Position numbers and translations under genes: made by a program
In this document: positions 1 through 9,150 of the stretch, piece by piece
How positions within the stretch are numbered: position 1 is the first letter of the stretch
Layout: every line of letters starts with the position of its first letter
Source: an uncultured Alphaproteobacteria bacterium
GTDB lineage: Bacteria; Pseudomonadota; Alphaproteobacteria; Rhodobacterales; Rhodobacteraceae
DNA: 64,000 bases
Direction of reading: 5' to 3'
Assembly (NCBI GenBank): GCA_902537235.1
Contig: CACBAO010000005.1
Location: 19,951 to 83,950, forward strand
The notes under the pieces: generated by a model
What the model saw: the letters and a program-made list of their open reading frames with translations, nothing else
Told to the model about the DNA's origin: nothing
Databases searched by the model: none

Positions 1-470
1 GTTATTTTGAAAAATGGCTTGCTGGTTTGATCAACTTATTGGGTGAAAACGGTATTATTAAAGATGGGAAAGAAAGTGGAGGCAATTTTAAAAAAAACTC
101 TTTTCGCATTTTAGAAGCAAAAAATGTAAAAAAATTGTTGCATATGGGGGGACCAACCAAAAGAGATAGTACTATAGAGAAAAAATTCAACTTAGGAGAG
201 ACTGTCTCCGTAAGATCTAATAATAGTAATACAAGAGTTGAAAAAGGGCATACAAGACTACCAGACTATGTAAAGGGAAGAACTGGGAAGGTCATTGCCT
301 ATCACGGTAGTCATATATTACCAGATGCAAACGCTCATTTTTTAGGAGAAAGTCCAGAAGCACTCTACTCAGTGGAATTTAAGAGCCGAGATTTATGGGA
401 TAAATGTGAGCATGTTGAGGATACAGTAGTAGTTGATTTATGGGAGAGTTATCTTGAAAAATTCAAGTAA
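1..470 (+). CDS. nthB: nitrile hydratase beta subunit, 3' part (gene starts upstream of the window)
   Basis: The frame is open from the window edge. The tail HTRLPDYVKGRTGKVIAYHGSHILPDANAHFLGESPEALYSVEFKSRDLWDK...VVVDLWESYLE fits the conserved C-terminal region of NHase beta subunits. Confidence 0.85.
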   Translation, partial: YFEKWLAGLINLLGENGIIKDGKESGGNFKKNSFRILEAKNVKKLLHMGGPTKRDSTIEKKFNLGETVSVRSNNSNTRVEKGHTRLPDYVKGRTGKVIAYHGSHILPDANAHFLGESPEALYSVEFKSRDLWDKCEHVEDTVVVDLWESYLEKFK

Positions 471-771
471 TAAACCAATACCATTAACTAATGACCACGA
501 AGTTTTTTCTGCACCATGGCATTGTGAATTATTTGCACTTACCATTTCTTTGTATGAAAAAAAAGTTTTCGATTGGGCACTTTGGACTTCCGCACTGGGT
601 AATAAGCTTAAAGACAAGCCAGAGAGCATGGAAGACGATTTGGATTACTATTATGGTAGCTGGCTTGAGGCACTAGAAGAATTGATTTTAACTAAAGAGA
701 TGACTTATCAAGATGATTTCGAAAGAGAAGTTTTGTCCCAAATGAAGCATCTCCGAGATGATCACCATTAA
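433..771 (+). CDS. nitrile hydratase accessory (activator) protein, small beta-homolog type
   Basis: About 110 aa, overlapping the end of the beta subunit gene. FSAPWHCELFALTISLYEKKVFDWALWTSALG...YYYGSWLEALEELI fits the NHase accessory protein pattern (F-x-PW-x-AFAL...F-W-EW...YY-x-WL-ALE). The exact start is uncertain (ATG 433 or TTG 454). Confidence 0.75.
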   Translation: MIYGRVILKNSSNKPIPLTNDHEVFSAPWHCELFALTISLYEKKVFDWALWTSALGNKLKDKPESMEDDLDYYYGSWLEALEELILTKEMTYQDDFEREVLSQMKHLRDDHH

Positions 772-778
772 TATAAAG

Positions 779-1702
779 TTATCTTAAATCTTTGATAATA
801 CGTTTAACAATTTCACTAATATCTTTTTCATTGAAAGTTTTTTTATTTAGTTTCTCATGTATTTCTTGATCAACTAGGCACTGTTCTATTTTTTCATAAA
901 GTATTTGACGAACAAACCACAAATAACTTTCTTTGTTTTTCTCCAATTTTAATTTTTTTAAATATTTTTCGATGTGGCTAATTATTTTAGTATTTTCTTT
1001 CTGGTCTTTTTCATTAGTAACCATTATTTTGATATTTTTACCGTCGGGAGCCTGAGCCATATTAATTATAGACTTTAATTGGTGGAATGTTTGTGAGGAT
1101 TCTGGTTTGTCGGATTTATTCACTAAAATTAAATCTACTATTTCCAAAACGCCACCTTTCATCGCCTGGATACTATCTCCAAGTCCCGGGGCCAAAGTAA
1201 GAATTGAGAAATCTGCTAGTTTCGTAATATCTGATTCAGATTGCCCAACCCCAACAGTCTCAACGAAAATAAAATCGAAGTTGAAAGTGGCCATAACCAT
1301 TGATAAGAGAAAGCTCTTGTGAGATATTCCACCCAATGCACCATCCGACGATAATGATCTTATAAAGACATTCTCATCTGAAGAATGCTGTTCCATTCTA
1401 GTCCTATCACCGAGAAGCGAGCCTCCAGAAATTAAGCTGCTCGGGTCGACAGCAATCACGCCAATTTTCTTTTCTTTCGATCTAAGGATACTTATAAAGC
1501 TATTTATCAAACTCGATTTGCCTGCCCCAGGGAAGCCAGTTACACCAATTATTGGTGTTTTACAATCTGCTCTATTATAAAGCTTCAAGACCAATTCTAT
1601 TGGATTGTCACTGGTCTCTACATGGGTTAAGAATTTTGATAAAGCTAGCCTGTCACCTGCTTTGAGGTCTTCTATTGTTTGTTGTAACTCCATTGATTTC
1701 AT
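779..1702 (-). CDS. meaB: MeaB/ArgK-type G3E P-loop GTPase (methylmalonyl-CoA mutase-associated chaperone family)
   Basis: Motifs GVTGFPGAGKSSL, AVDPSSLISGGSLLGDRTRM, FIRSLSSDGALGG, VETVGVGQSE and NKSD are present. Confidence 0.85.
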   Translation of the reverse strand: MKSMELQQTIEDLKAGDRLALSKFLTHVETSDNPIELVLKLYNRADCKTPIIGVTGFPGAGKSSLINSFISILRSKEKKIGVIAVDPSSLISGGSLLGDRTRMEQHSSDENVFIRSLSSDGALGGISHKSFLLSMVMATFNFDFIFVETVGVGQSESDITKLADFSILTLAPGLGDSIQAMKGGVLEIVDLILVNKSDKPESSQTFHQLKSIINMAQAPDGKNIKIMVTNEKDQKENTKIISHIEKYLKKLKLEKNKESYLWFVRQILYEKIEQCLVDQEIHEKLNKKTFNEKDISEIVKRIIKDLR

Positions 1703-1725
1703 AACGAGGTTATTATTTTATTACA

Positions 1726-2403
1726 TCACTTTTCAAAGCCATAAAATGTAGTAAAACTGTCAACTGCTTCGCGGTCGGTTCTCCATGAATTAATAGGATG
1801 ATTCTCATCAGCATACCCGATACCCATTCCGCAAAAGAGCATCAAATTGTTATCAACAACAAGGTGTTTGTTTACAGTTGAATGCCACATCGCCCATGCT
1901 TCTTGAGCACAACTATGTAAGCCTTTCTCTCTTGCTATTAACATTACAGTTTGCAAAAACATTCCAACATCTGACCATTGGGGAGGCCCCATCTTTCTAT
2001 CGATGTAAACAAATAGCCCGACAGGGGCACCAAAAAAGCGTAAATTTTTAGCCAATTGATTTAACCGCGCGCTCTTATCTTCCCTTGGTATATTTATACT
2101 TTTGTATAAATCTTCGCCACATTTAAAGCGTCGACTTCTATAAGGGTCCCAAAGATTTGGTGGATATACGTCATATTCCGTTTTTTCTCCCATAGGCATT
2201 TCTGTTATTTTAGATTCAATATCCGAAACTATCTGATCGAGTTTCTTTCCTGATATTGCATGAATATGCCATGGCTGAAGGTTGCCCCCCGATGGGGCTT
2301 GTTTAGCTACGTCTAAAATTTCCTTGATTAATTCCTTAGAAACAGGCTTCTCAGTAAATGATCTGCAAGAAAATCTTGATTTTACAGCTTCTGAAACATA
2401 CAC
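1726..2403 (-). CDS. FMN-dependent nitroreductase family protein
   Basis: The N-terminus RFSCRSFTEKPVSKELIKEILDVAKQAPSGGNLQPW is the canonical nitroreductase-fold signature. Length is 225 aa. Confidence 0.8.
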   Translation of the reverse strand: MYVSEAVKSRFSCRSFTEKPVSKELIKEILDVAKQAPSGGNLQPWHIHAISGKKLDQIVSDIESKITEMPMGEKTEYDVYPPNLWDPYRSRRFKCGEDLYKSINIPREDKSARLNQLAKNLRFFGAPVGLFVYIDRKMGPPQWSDVGMFLQTVMLIAREKGLHSCAQEAWAMWHSTVNKHLVVDNNLMLFCGMGIGYADENHPINSWRTDREAVDSFTTFYGFEK

Positions 2404-2404
2404 C

Positions 2405-3514
2405 TTAATTAATACCCCATTGGCAAAACACCTCGGCTTCAGTCAATTTAATTTTATGCTTATCCGTAATTTTTGGTGCAGGAGTCACTGATAGATCGGG
2501 AGCTGGTTTTGGCTGAATAATATTAAAAGCCTTAGGAAAAATTCCTCGGTATTTATTGTGAGGATCAACAAAAGCTTCCTCAAAGTTTAAAACAGGAGCA
2601 ACGCATGCGTCTGTCCCAAAGTAAATCTCCTCCCACTCTCTCATAGTTTTTATCTTGATAATTTCTTGAAATATATTTTTCAGTTTCGGCCAATTAGACT
2701 TATCTGCTCTGTTTGGAAGCTCATCAAGTTTTAGATCAAGTTTTGTAATGAACTCTAGGTAAAACTTATCTTCAATAGCACCAACTGAAATATGCCGACT
2801 GTCTGAAGTTTTATAAGTTGTGTAAAAAGGCGCACCTCCATCAAGAAGATTAATATCTCGTCTATCTTCCCATTGTTTAAAATTAAACATTGAGTACATC
2901 ATTGCCATCAAATTGGCGGTTCCGTCCACAATCGATCCATCGACGACTTGACCCTGACCAGTCTGCTTTGCGTGTAAAACGGCACATAGGATTCCAAAAA
3001 CTAAATACATTGAACCTGCTGCAAAATCCCCCAAAAGATTCAGTGGTGCTATTGGAGTATCTTTGGTTCCGATAGCATGAAGCGCGCCGGATATAGAAAT
3101 ATAATTAATATCATGACCTGCAGTGTTACTTAATGGACCTTTTTGACCCCACCCTGTCATTCTCCCATAAACAAGCTTTTTGTTTGTTGAAAGCATCTCT
3201 GAAGGCCCTAAGCCCAATCTTTCCATAACGCCTGGTCTAAACCCTTCTATTAATATGTCAGAATGGGATACAATTTTCTTAGCGATGGTAAAATCATTAA
3301 CATCCTTTAGATCCAGCTCTATATAAGATCTATTCCTAATAACAACGTCAGTAAACTGATTGGCAGCCTGGGTACCTGTTTTTCGAGCGATCCTAATTAC
3401 GTTGGCTCCCATATCTGCCAATTGCATGGCAGAAAATGGAGTTGGTCCAAGCCCATCAAATTCAACGACTTTTAACCCTGATAAGGGTCCACCAGTGTTG
3501 TTCTGATCAATCAT
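2405..3514 (-). CDS. family III CoA-transferase (CaiB/BaiF) or alpha-methylacyl-CoA racemase-like protein
   Basis: GPLSGLKVVEFDGLGPTPFSAMQLADMGANVIRI, FRPGVMERLGLG and GHDINYI are present. The stop is 1 nt from the start of the nitroreductase gene. Confidence 0.85.
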   Translation of the reverse strand: MIDQNNTGGPLSGLKVVEFDGLGPTPFSAMQLADMGANVIRIARKTGTQAANQFTDVVIRNRSYIELDLKDVNDFTIAKKIVSHSDILIEGFRPGVMERLGLGPSEMLSTNKKLVYGRMTGWGQKGPLSNTAGHDINYISISGALHAIGTKDTPIAPLNLLGDFAAGSMYLVFGILCAVLHAKQTGQGQVVDGSIVDGTANLMAMMYSMFNFKQWEDRRDINLLDGGAPFYTTYKTSDSRHISVGAIEDKFYLEFITKLDLKLDELPNRADKSNWPKLKNIFQEIIKIKTMREWEEIYFGTDACVAPVLNFEEAFVDPHNKYRGIFPKAFNIIQPKPAPDLSVTPAPKITDKHKIKLTEAEVFCQWGIN

Positions 3515-3519
3515 TTTAA

Positions 3520-4686
3520 TTAGTCGTCCAACGATCTGGCAATTAATTCCTTCATGATTTCATTAGTCCCGCCATAAATTGACTGCACGCGAGCGTCGGC
3601 GTACATTCGTGCTATGGGGTATTCCATTATGAAACCGTATCCACCATGAAGTTGCAAACATCCATCCATGATCTCATTTTGTGTTTGGCTTCCCCAATAT
3701 TTTGCCATTGAAGCGGTAGCAGCATCAAGAGATCCCTGCTTAACTCTATCAACACAATCATTAATAAACGACCTAAGAACCTCAGCTTTGGTTTTCATTT
3801 CAGCAAGTTGAAAACGAGTATTCTGAAAATCCATAATTCGCTTATCAAAGGCTTTTCTATCTTTTACATATTTTATTGTCTCTTCTAGCGCAAAGTCAAT
3901 ATTTCCCAGAGCACCTATACCAATTGCTAATCTTTCCCATGGCAACTGTTTCATCAATTGATAAAAACCTTGGCCTTCTTCACTCCCAAGCAAATTTGTT
4001 AAAGGGACCTTGACATCTTCAAAAAATAATTCACAAGTGTCGTTGCCTTTTTGACCTAGTTTCTTTAGGGGTTTTCCTCTCGAAAAGCCTTCGAGGTCTT
4101 TTGTTTCAACAACTACCAACGAGACACCTTTCGATTTTTCATTTTTATTTGTCTTTGCCGCTAAAACAATGAGGTCAGCTGAGCCACCATTTGTTATGAA
4201 TATTTTTGATCCATTAATTCGATATTGATTTCCATCTTTTTCTGCCGTTGTTTTAATTGCCTGAACATCTGATCCAGTGCTGGGTTCGGTCATGGCTAGA
4301 GAGGCAACATATTCACCTGTTGATAGTTTAGGAAGCCATCTTTTTTTCTGTTCATCGGTGCCATACGCGTTGATGTAATGAACAACTATTGATTGGATAG
4401 CATATCCCCAGCTACCCGAGTCTCCGGCAGTTCTCCCGAGTTCGTATAAAGTGATAGCATCAAATCCTAAATCACCGCCAAAGCCACCAAATTCTTCGGG
4501 TATTGAGCTTCCTAAAATTCCTGCATCTCCTGCTTTATTCCATAAGGTCCTGTCGACCTGTTGTTTCTTACCCCAATCCTCTAAATTGGGCTTTACTTCG
4601 TCTATAAAAAATTTTTTTACACTATCGGTAAATAATTGGTGTTCTTCCATTTGCCATTTAGAAGTTGGGGTGAATAATGTCATCAA
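3520..4686 (-). CDS. acyl-CoA dehydrogenase
   Basis: LAMTEPSTGSD, KIFITNGG and IYGGTNEIMKELIARSL are present. Length is 388 aa. Confidence 0.9.
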   Translation of the reverse strand: MMTLFTPTSKWQMEEHQLFTDSVKKFFIDEVKPNLEDWGKKQQVDRTLWNKAGDAGILGSSIPEEFGGFGGDLGFDAITLYELGRTAGDSGSWGYAIQSIVVHYINAYGTDEQKKRWLPKLSTGEYVASLAMTEPSTGSDVQAIKTTAEKDGNQYRINGSKIFITNGGSADLIVLAAKTNKNEKSKGVSLVVVETKDLEGFSRGKPLKKLGQKGNDTCELFFEDVKVPLTNLLGSEEGQGFYQLMKQLPWERLAIGIGALGNIDFALEETIKYVKDRKAFDKRIMDFQNTRFQLAEMKTKAEVLRSFINDCVDRVKQGSLDAATASMAKYWGSQTQNEIMDGCLQLHGGYGFIMEYPIARMYADARVQSIYGGTNEIMKELIARSLDD

Positions 4687-4720
4687 AGTTCCTCGTATTT
4701 ATTAATATGCAAAAATGCTA

Positions 4721-4767
4721 CTACAAAAAAAAATTTGTGAACATCTAAATTTTGAACTTTTTTGTAG
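4721..4767. promoter_or_regulatory. 10-bp inverted repeat CTACAAAAAA-N27-TTTTTTGTAG in a divergent promoter region
   Basis: Read directly: arms at 4721-4730 and 4758-4767. The spacer holds a near-direct repeat AAATTTGTGAAC / AAATTTTGAAC. It lies between the ACAD start (4686, minus) and the hydrolase start (4797, plus). The arms are AT-rich and of low complexity, so significance is uncertain. Confidence 0.25.
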
Positions 4768-4796
4768 ATATTTGAGGTTTTCTACCCCAACATGTA

Positions 4797-5804
4797 TTGA
4801 TGATGGCTTCAATAGTGAAATATGCTTCTTTTCTTTTGATTTCAATATTCATTGTCTGCCTGGCCGTGGGGGAATATATACTTTGGCAAGCTTTGCCAGT
4901 TTCATGCTCAAACCATGAAAAAGTAAAAGCTAACAATCCCATAAAGTTTGTTACGAATGCAAAAGGCCAAGGTCCCTTCAGAGGTGAGAGATGGTCACAA
5001 CTTGTGGATACAGACCTTTCGCAGTGGTACCTAAAACACAAAAAGTACGAAAGCATAATAATTAAAAATAAAGAAGATGGGATAGATATTAGTTCTTGGT
5101 GGATTCCCGCTGATAAAGAAAATGAAAAGCGAACCGTTATTGTTGTTCATGGCATTAATGGTTCAAAGAAACAGTTTAACCAATTGATCCCGGCAAATAT
5201 AATCGCGAATTCTGGATTAAATGTTTTGATGATAGATGTTAGAAATCATGGAGAAAGTTCATGTCCAGATGGATGGCACTTTGCAGGAATAAAAGAATGG
5301 AAAGATGTTGACGCAGCTATTGAGTATCTTATCGACAAAAAAGGAATACCTGAGAGAAACATTGGAATTCATGCGGTCTCAGGAGGAGGTCTGGGTACTT
5401 TCTTTTTGATAAAAAATAGAAAAGATCTTGGAGCATTTTCACTCGATAGTGGTGTTTTTGATTGGGACTCTATTGTTCAACATGAGTTGGAATACCATGG
5501 TGTGCCTGGGTTTACGTGGCAGCTTGCAATTTTCGTAGCTAAATTTCACGGTATTTTCTTTGATAAGGATTTACCTAAAGATGCGCTTAATAACTTGCAG
5601 GATAGGCCAATGCTTGTTTTTCATGGGACAGAAGACACTAGAGTCCCTTTCTTCCACTCCGAGCAATTAGTTAAATATGTGAAGAGCATAAATGGTAAAA
5701 TAACATTCCTTTCATTAGAAGGAGCGGACCATACAGAAGGTGTACTATCACACTCCAAAATTTATGAAGATAATCTTCCTAAATTTTTCAAAACAAATCT
5801 TTGA
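4797..5804 (+). CDS. membrane-anchored alpha/beta-fold hydrolase
   Basis: There is an N-terminal hydrophobic helix (ASFLLISIFIVCLAVG). VVHGINGSKKQF, nucleophile elbow HAVSGGG, FHGTEDTRVP and GADHTEG fit a Ser-Asp-His hydrolase. Confidence 0.7.
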   Translation: MMMASIVKYASFLLISIFIVCLAVGEYILWQALPVSCSNHEKVKANNPIKFVTNAKGQGPFRGERWSQLVDTDLSQWYLKHKKYESIIIKNKEDGIDISSWWIPADKENEKRTVIVVHGINGSKKQFNQLIPANIIANSGLNVLMIDVRNHGESSCPDGWHFAGIKEWKDVDAAIEYLIDKKGIPERNIGIHAVSGGGLGTFFLIKNRKDLGAFSLDSGVFDWDSIVQHELEYHGVPGFTWQLAIFVAKFHGIFFDKDLPKDALNNLQDRPMLVFHGTEDTRVPFFHSEQLVKYVKSINGKITFLSLEGADHTEGVLSHSKIYEDNLPKFFKTNL

Positions 5805-5819
5805 TAGGTAGGATCGAAT

Positions 5820-6827
5820 ATGAACAGAAAAATAATTCTCAAATCGCGACCAGAAAAAGAACCTTTAAAAGAAAATTTTCAAATTGTTGAAGAGGCTTTA
5901 AAGCCAGTTCAACCTGGGCAAGTTCAATTAAAGTCAATTTATTTGTCGTTAGATCCCTATATGCGAGGAAGAATGAATGCTGGGCGTAGTTATGCGAAGC
6001 CAGTAGAACTAGGAGCAGTAATGGAGGGAGAAGCCGTTTCAGAGGTAATAGAGAGTGGTAGTGATATGTTCAACAAAGGTGATATTGTTATCGGTAGAAC
6101 TGGATGGCAAACGATGCCATTAGTTTCTAATAAAATTATAGAAAAAGTACATAACCCTGATCTTCCTTTAGGCCTAGCACTTGGAACATTGGGAATGCCA
6201 GGAAGAACTGCTTATATTGGAATGATGAATATTGGTAATCCAAAAAAGGGAGAAACACTAGTTGTATCTGCGGCTTCAGGCGCTGTTGGATCTGTCGTAG
6301 GACAAATTGGAAAAATTTATGGCTGCAATGTAATAGGGGTGGTAGGTAATGAAGAAAAATCGGATTACGTTAAAGATGAATTAGGCTTTGATGATTGTCT
6401 GAATTACAACGATGATAATTTCGAAAAAAAGCTAGGCGAAATTTGCAAAGATGGGGTCGACATATATTGGGAAAATGTTGGAGGGAAAACGTTCAATGCC
6501 GTTTATCCGCATCTCCGTGATTTTGCAAGAATTCCAGTTTGTGGTGTAATCTCAATGTATAATAATCAAAGCCAGCAATTAGAGGAAGATCGTCTGCCGA
6601 TGCTTTTTAGAAATGTTCTAACTTGGCGCTTGAGAATACAAGGATTTATTGTAAGAGAATTTCCTGAGCAACAACTAGAAGCAATGCAGCATTTAGAAAA
6701 GTGGTATTTGGAAGGGAAGCTACAATACAGAGAGGATATAGTAGAAGGCTTGGACAATATGGTTGAAGCTTTTCAAGGTCTTTTAAGGGGTGACAATTTC
6801 GGAAAGTTATTAGTAAAAGTAAACTAG
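5820..6827 (+). CDS. NADP-dependent oxidoreductase, MDR superfamily (YncB/CurA/PTGR1-like enone reductase)
   Basis: LSLDPYMRGRM and the Rossmann motif AASGAVGSVVGQIGK are present. The C-terminus is GDNFGKLLVKV. Confidence 0.85.
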   Translation: MNRKIILKSRPEKEPLKENFQIVEEALKPVQPGQVQLKSIYLSLDPYMRGRMNAGRSYAKPVELGAVMEGEAVSEVIESGSDMFNKGDIVIGRTGWQTMPLVSNKIIEKVHNPDLPLGLALGTLGMPGRTAYIGMMNIGNPKKGETLVVSAASGAVGSVVGQIGKIYGCNVIGVVGNEEKSDYVKDELGFDDCLNYNDDNFEKKLGEICKDGVDIYWENVGGKTFNAVYPHLRDFARIPVCGVISMYNNQSQQLEEDRLPMLFRNVLTWRLRIQGFIVREFPEQQLEAMQHLEKWYLEGKLQYREDIVEGLDNMVEAFQGLLRGDNFGKLLVKVN

Positions 6828-6857
6828 AAAACCGGAGCAATTAAAGAGGAGACTGTT

Positions 6858-7922
6858 ATGTCAGATACAAATTTGGATATTGAAAAACTAAAAAACCTCC
6901 AGTTTAAAATAATGAAAGATGTTGCAGCATCAGCGTTAATCCCGCTTATGCGAATAGGAGATCAGTTAGGGCTCTTCCAAAAACTTTCAGAGTTAGGGCC
7001 TATAAATTCAAAAAAATTTGCTGAAGAAGCTAGAGTTGATGAGCGGTATTTGAGAGAATGGCTATATGCGCTATCTGCCACTGACTTTGTCTCTTACGAT
7101 GGAGCAAAAGAAGAATTTTCATTGTCACCTGAACAAAGAGCAGTTTTTGCTGATGAAGAAGGGCCAGCAAACATGATGGGTGCGTACGAAGTCTTAGCAG
7201 GACAAGTATATGCTGAGGAAAAAGTGTTAGAGGCATTTAAAACAGGAAATGGTGTAGCTTATGAAAATGCGTGCCCTCTGTGTTTTACTGGAACTGCTAG
7301 ATTTTTCAAACCATCTTATCAGGTAAATCTTATAAAAAAATGGCTTCCAATGATTGATGGTTTTGAGGAAAAAATGAAGTTGGGAGGAAGTTTTGCTGAT
7401 GTGGGCTGTGGTCATGGGTTGTCTACTTTGATGGTAGCGCAAGCGTTTCCAGAGGCAAGCGTCTTTGGCTTTGATTTTCATGAACCATCGATAATTGAGG
7501 CAAAAAAACTAGCCGACAACGCTGTAAGTTCAGAGAAAATTAGTTATGAGATAGCTGACGCTAAAAGCTACTCAGGCAATTACGACTATATCGCTTTTTT
7601 TGATTGCCTTCATGATATGGGTGATCCCGTGGGGGCAGCAAAATATGCCTACGATCGCTTAAACGATGGTGGAGCTGTAATTCTCATTGAGCCAACAGCA
7701 AATGACAAGCCAGAGGAGAATTTCAATATATATGGACAGATGTATTATTCATTTTCAACCATGGGTTGTATACCAGTTTCTAAATCTCAGGAGGTAGGCT
7801 TAGCATTAGGTGCTCAGGCTGGACCTGCAAAACTAATTGAGGTGTTAGAAAAGGCAGGCTTTAAGGACTGCAAGATAGTCAAAAAAAATGCAACGAATAT
7901 GGTTTTAGAGGCGAGAAAATAA
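6858..7922 (+). CDS. class I SAM-dependent methyltransferase with an N-terminal helical domain
   Basis: Motif I FADVGCGHGLST, FGFDFH and AFFDCLHDMGDP are present. The substrate is unknown. Confidence 0.75.
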   Translation: MSDTNLDIEKLKNLQFKIMKDVAASALIPLMRIGDQLGLFQKLSELGPINSKKFAEEARVDERYLREWLYALSATDFVSYDGAKEEFSLSPEQRAVFADEEGPANMMGAYEVLAGQVYAEEKVLEAFKTGNGVAYENACPLCFTGTARFFKPSYQVNLIKKWLPMIDGFEEKMKLGGSFADVGCGHGLSTLMVAQAFPEASVFGFDFHEPSIIEAKKLADNAVSSEKISYEIADAKSYSGNYDYIAFFDCLHDMGDPVGAAKYAYDRLNDGGAVILIEPTANDKPEENFNIYGQMYYSFSTMGCIPVSKSQEVGLALGAQAGPAKLIEVLEKAGFKDCKIVKKNATNMVLEARK

Positions 7923-9074
7923 AAGCTTATAATTTATCATGCAAATTCCTGCTATAAAAAGTGAGCAACCTGATAAAAGCATCGCGTTTTGGTAATTTCC
8001 AAAAAAGTCGATCATTAAACCAGAAACGTATGGCCCAATAATCTGGCCGACGCTAAAGGTAGTAGTTAAAAAAGCTACAGCAAATGTTATTGATCCAGCG
8101 TGCCTTATCTTTCCCTCCATTAACACTAAACCTACGATGCCAACAACACCAAATCCATATGCCACGCAGGCAAATAATGAAGCGCTTATTCCTTCAAAAA
8201 AATACAATGTAAGTATACCTGAAGAACAGGTTAGGCACGATAGGGCCAGAGATATATGATTACCAGTAATTTTACTGATAGCTTGCCAGATGAAAATGGC
8301 TGGCATAGCAGAAATCCCAACTAAGATCCAACTCGCATGCTGAATGTTCTCTAATGCAGGAGTGTTGACCGCCAAAGCTGCGATAAAGGTACCAAAAATA
8401 ATATAGCCAAACCCAAAAAATAAGTAACCTACTGAGATACCAACGAAGCCTAAAGAGAGTTTATTCGACTGAGAGGTCTGATCAATGCTTGCTTCTGAAC
8501 TTACTTCTAGTGGACTTGAAATGATCGGTATAGTTAAAACCAAGCAAATCAACGCTATCACAAACCATTGGTAGTGCCATTGCAAGTCAAACATAGAGCA
8601 GATCCATACAGCTACAGCACTCAAAAACATTCCAACACCAAAACCCGATATATGAGCTAAACGAAGATCTATACGACCGGTAACTGTAATCTGAGAAAAA
8701 ATTAGATTTGTCGCAATAACTAACCCAATTGCACCTGAAATTCCCTGAAGGAATCTTAATAGAATAAATAAGTAAAAATCATTAGTTGAACCCATAAGGC
8801 CAAGTGTCACAATGGACACCACAACCGATAGATAAAGTGTAAGCCTTTGTTTGTTTGCAAAAGAATAAATAAGGGGAATGATCGAACCAATTAGATATCC
8901 CAAATAGTTAGAAGAAGCTATCAAGCCGATATCTGCAGAAGAAATATTAAGAGTATTCTGCATGTAGGGAATTATAGGAGTATAGGCAAACCTGCCTAAG
9001 CCGCCAGTAATTGCCACAACACAAATTCCTACCAGTGCCAATCTAAACTGTGAATTTGTTGTTAAAAGTGACAT
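7905..9074 (-). CDS. MFS transporter, YbfB/YjiJ-like
   Basis: About 12 predicted TM segments. The N-terminal GLGRFAYTPIIPYM is typical of the YbfB/YjiJ (MFS_4) group. The 3' end overlaps the convergent methyltransferase gene by 18 nt. Confidence 0.7.
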   Translation of the reverse strand: MSLLTTNSQFRLALVGICVVAITGGLGRFAYTPIIPYMQNTLNISSADIGLIASSNYLGYLIGSIIPLIYSFANKQRLTLYLSVVVSIVTLGLMGSTNDFYLFILLRFLQGISGAIGLVIATNLIFSQITVTGRIDLRLAHISGFGVGMFLSAVAVWICSMFDLQWHYQWFVIALICLVLTIPIISSPLEVSSEASIDQTSQSNKLSLGFVGISVGYLFFGFGYIIFGTFIAALAVNTPALENIQHASWILVGISAMPAIFIWQAISKITGNHISLALSCLTCSSGILTLYFFEGISASLFACVAYGFGVVGIVGLVLMEGKIRHAGSITFAVAFLTTTFSVGQIIGPYVSGLMIDFFGNYQNAMLLSGCSLFIAGICMINYKLLFSRL

Positions 9075-9150
9075 TTCTTTTTATAGTTCCTATGATTGAA
9101 AATAGCTTTTCTTATGCCTAAAGAATATGCAAACAAAAGGATAGCCATAA

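Noticed and set aside
4715-5056. Overlapping ORFs 4715-4918 (+) and 4745-5056 (-) at the 5' end of the hydrolase gene
   Set aside because: They overlap the well-supported alpha/beta hydrolase ORF or its promoter region and show no family motifs.
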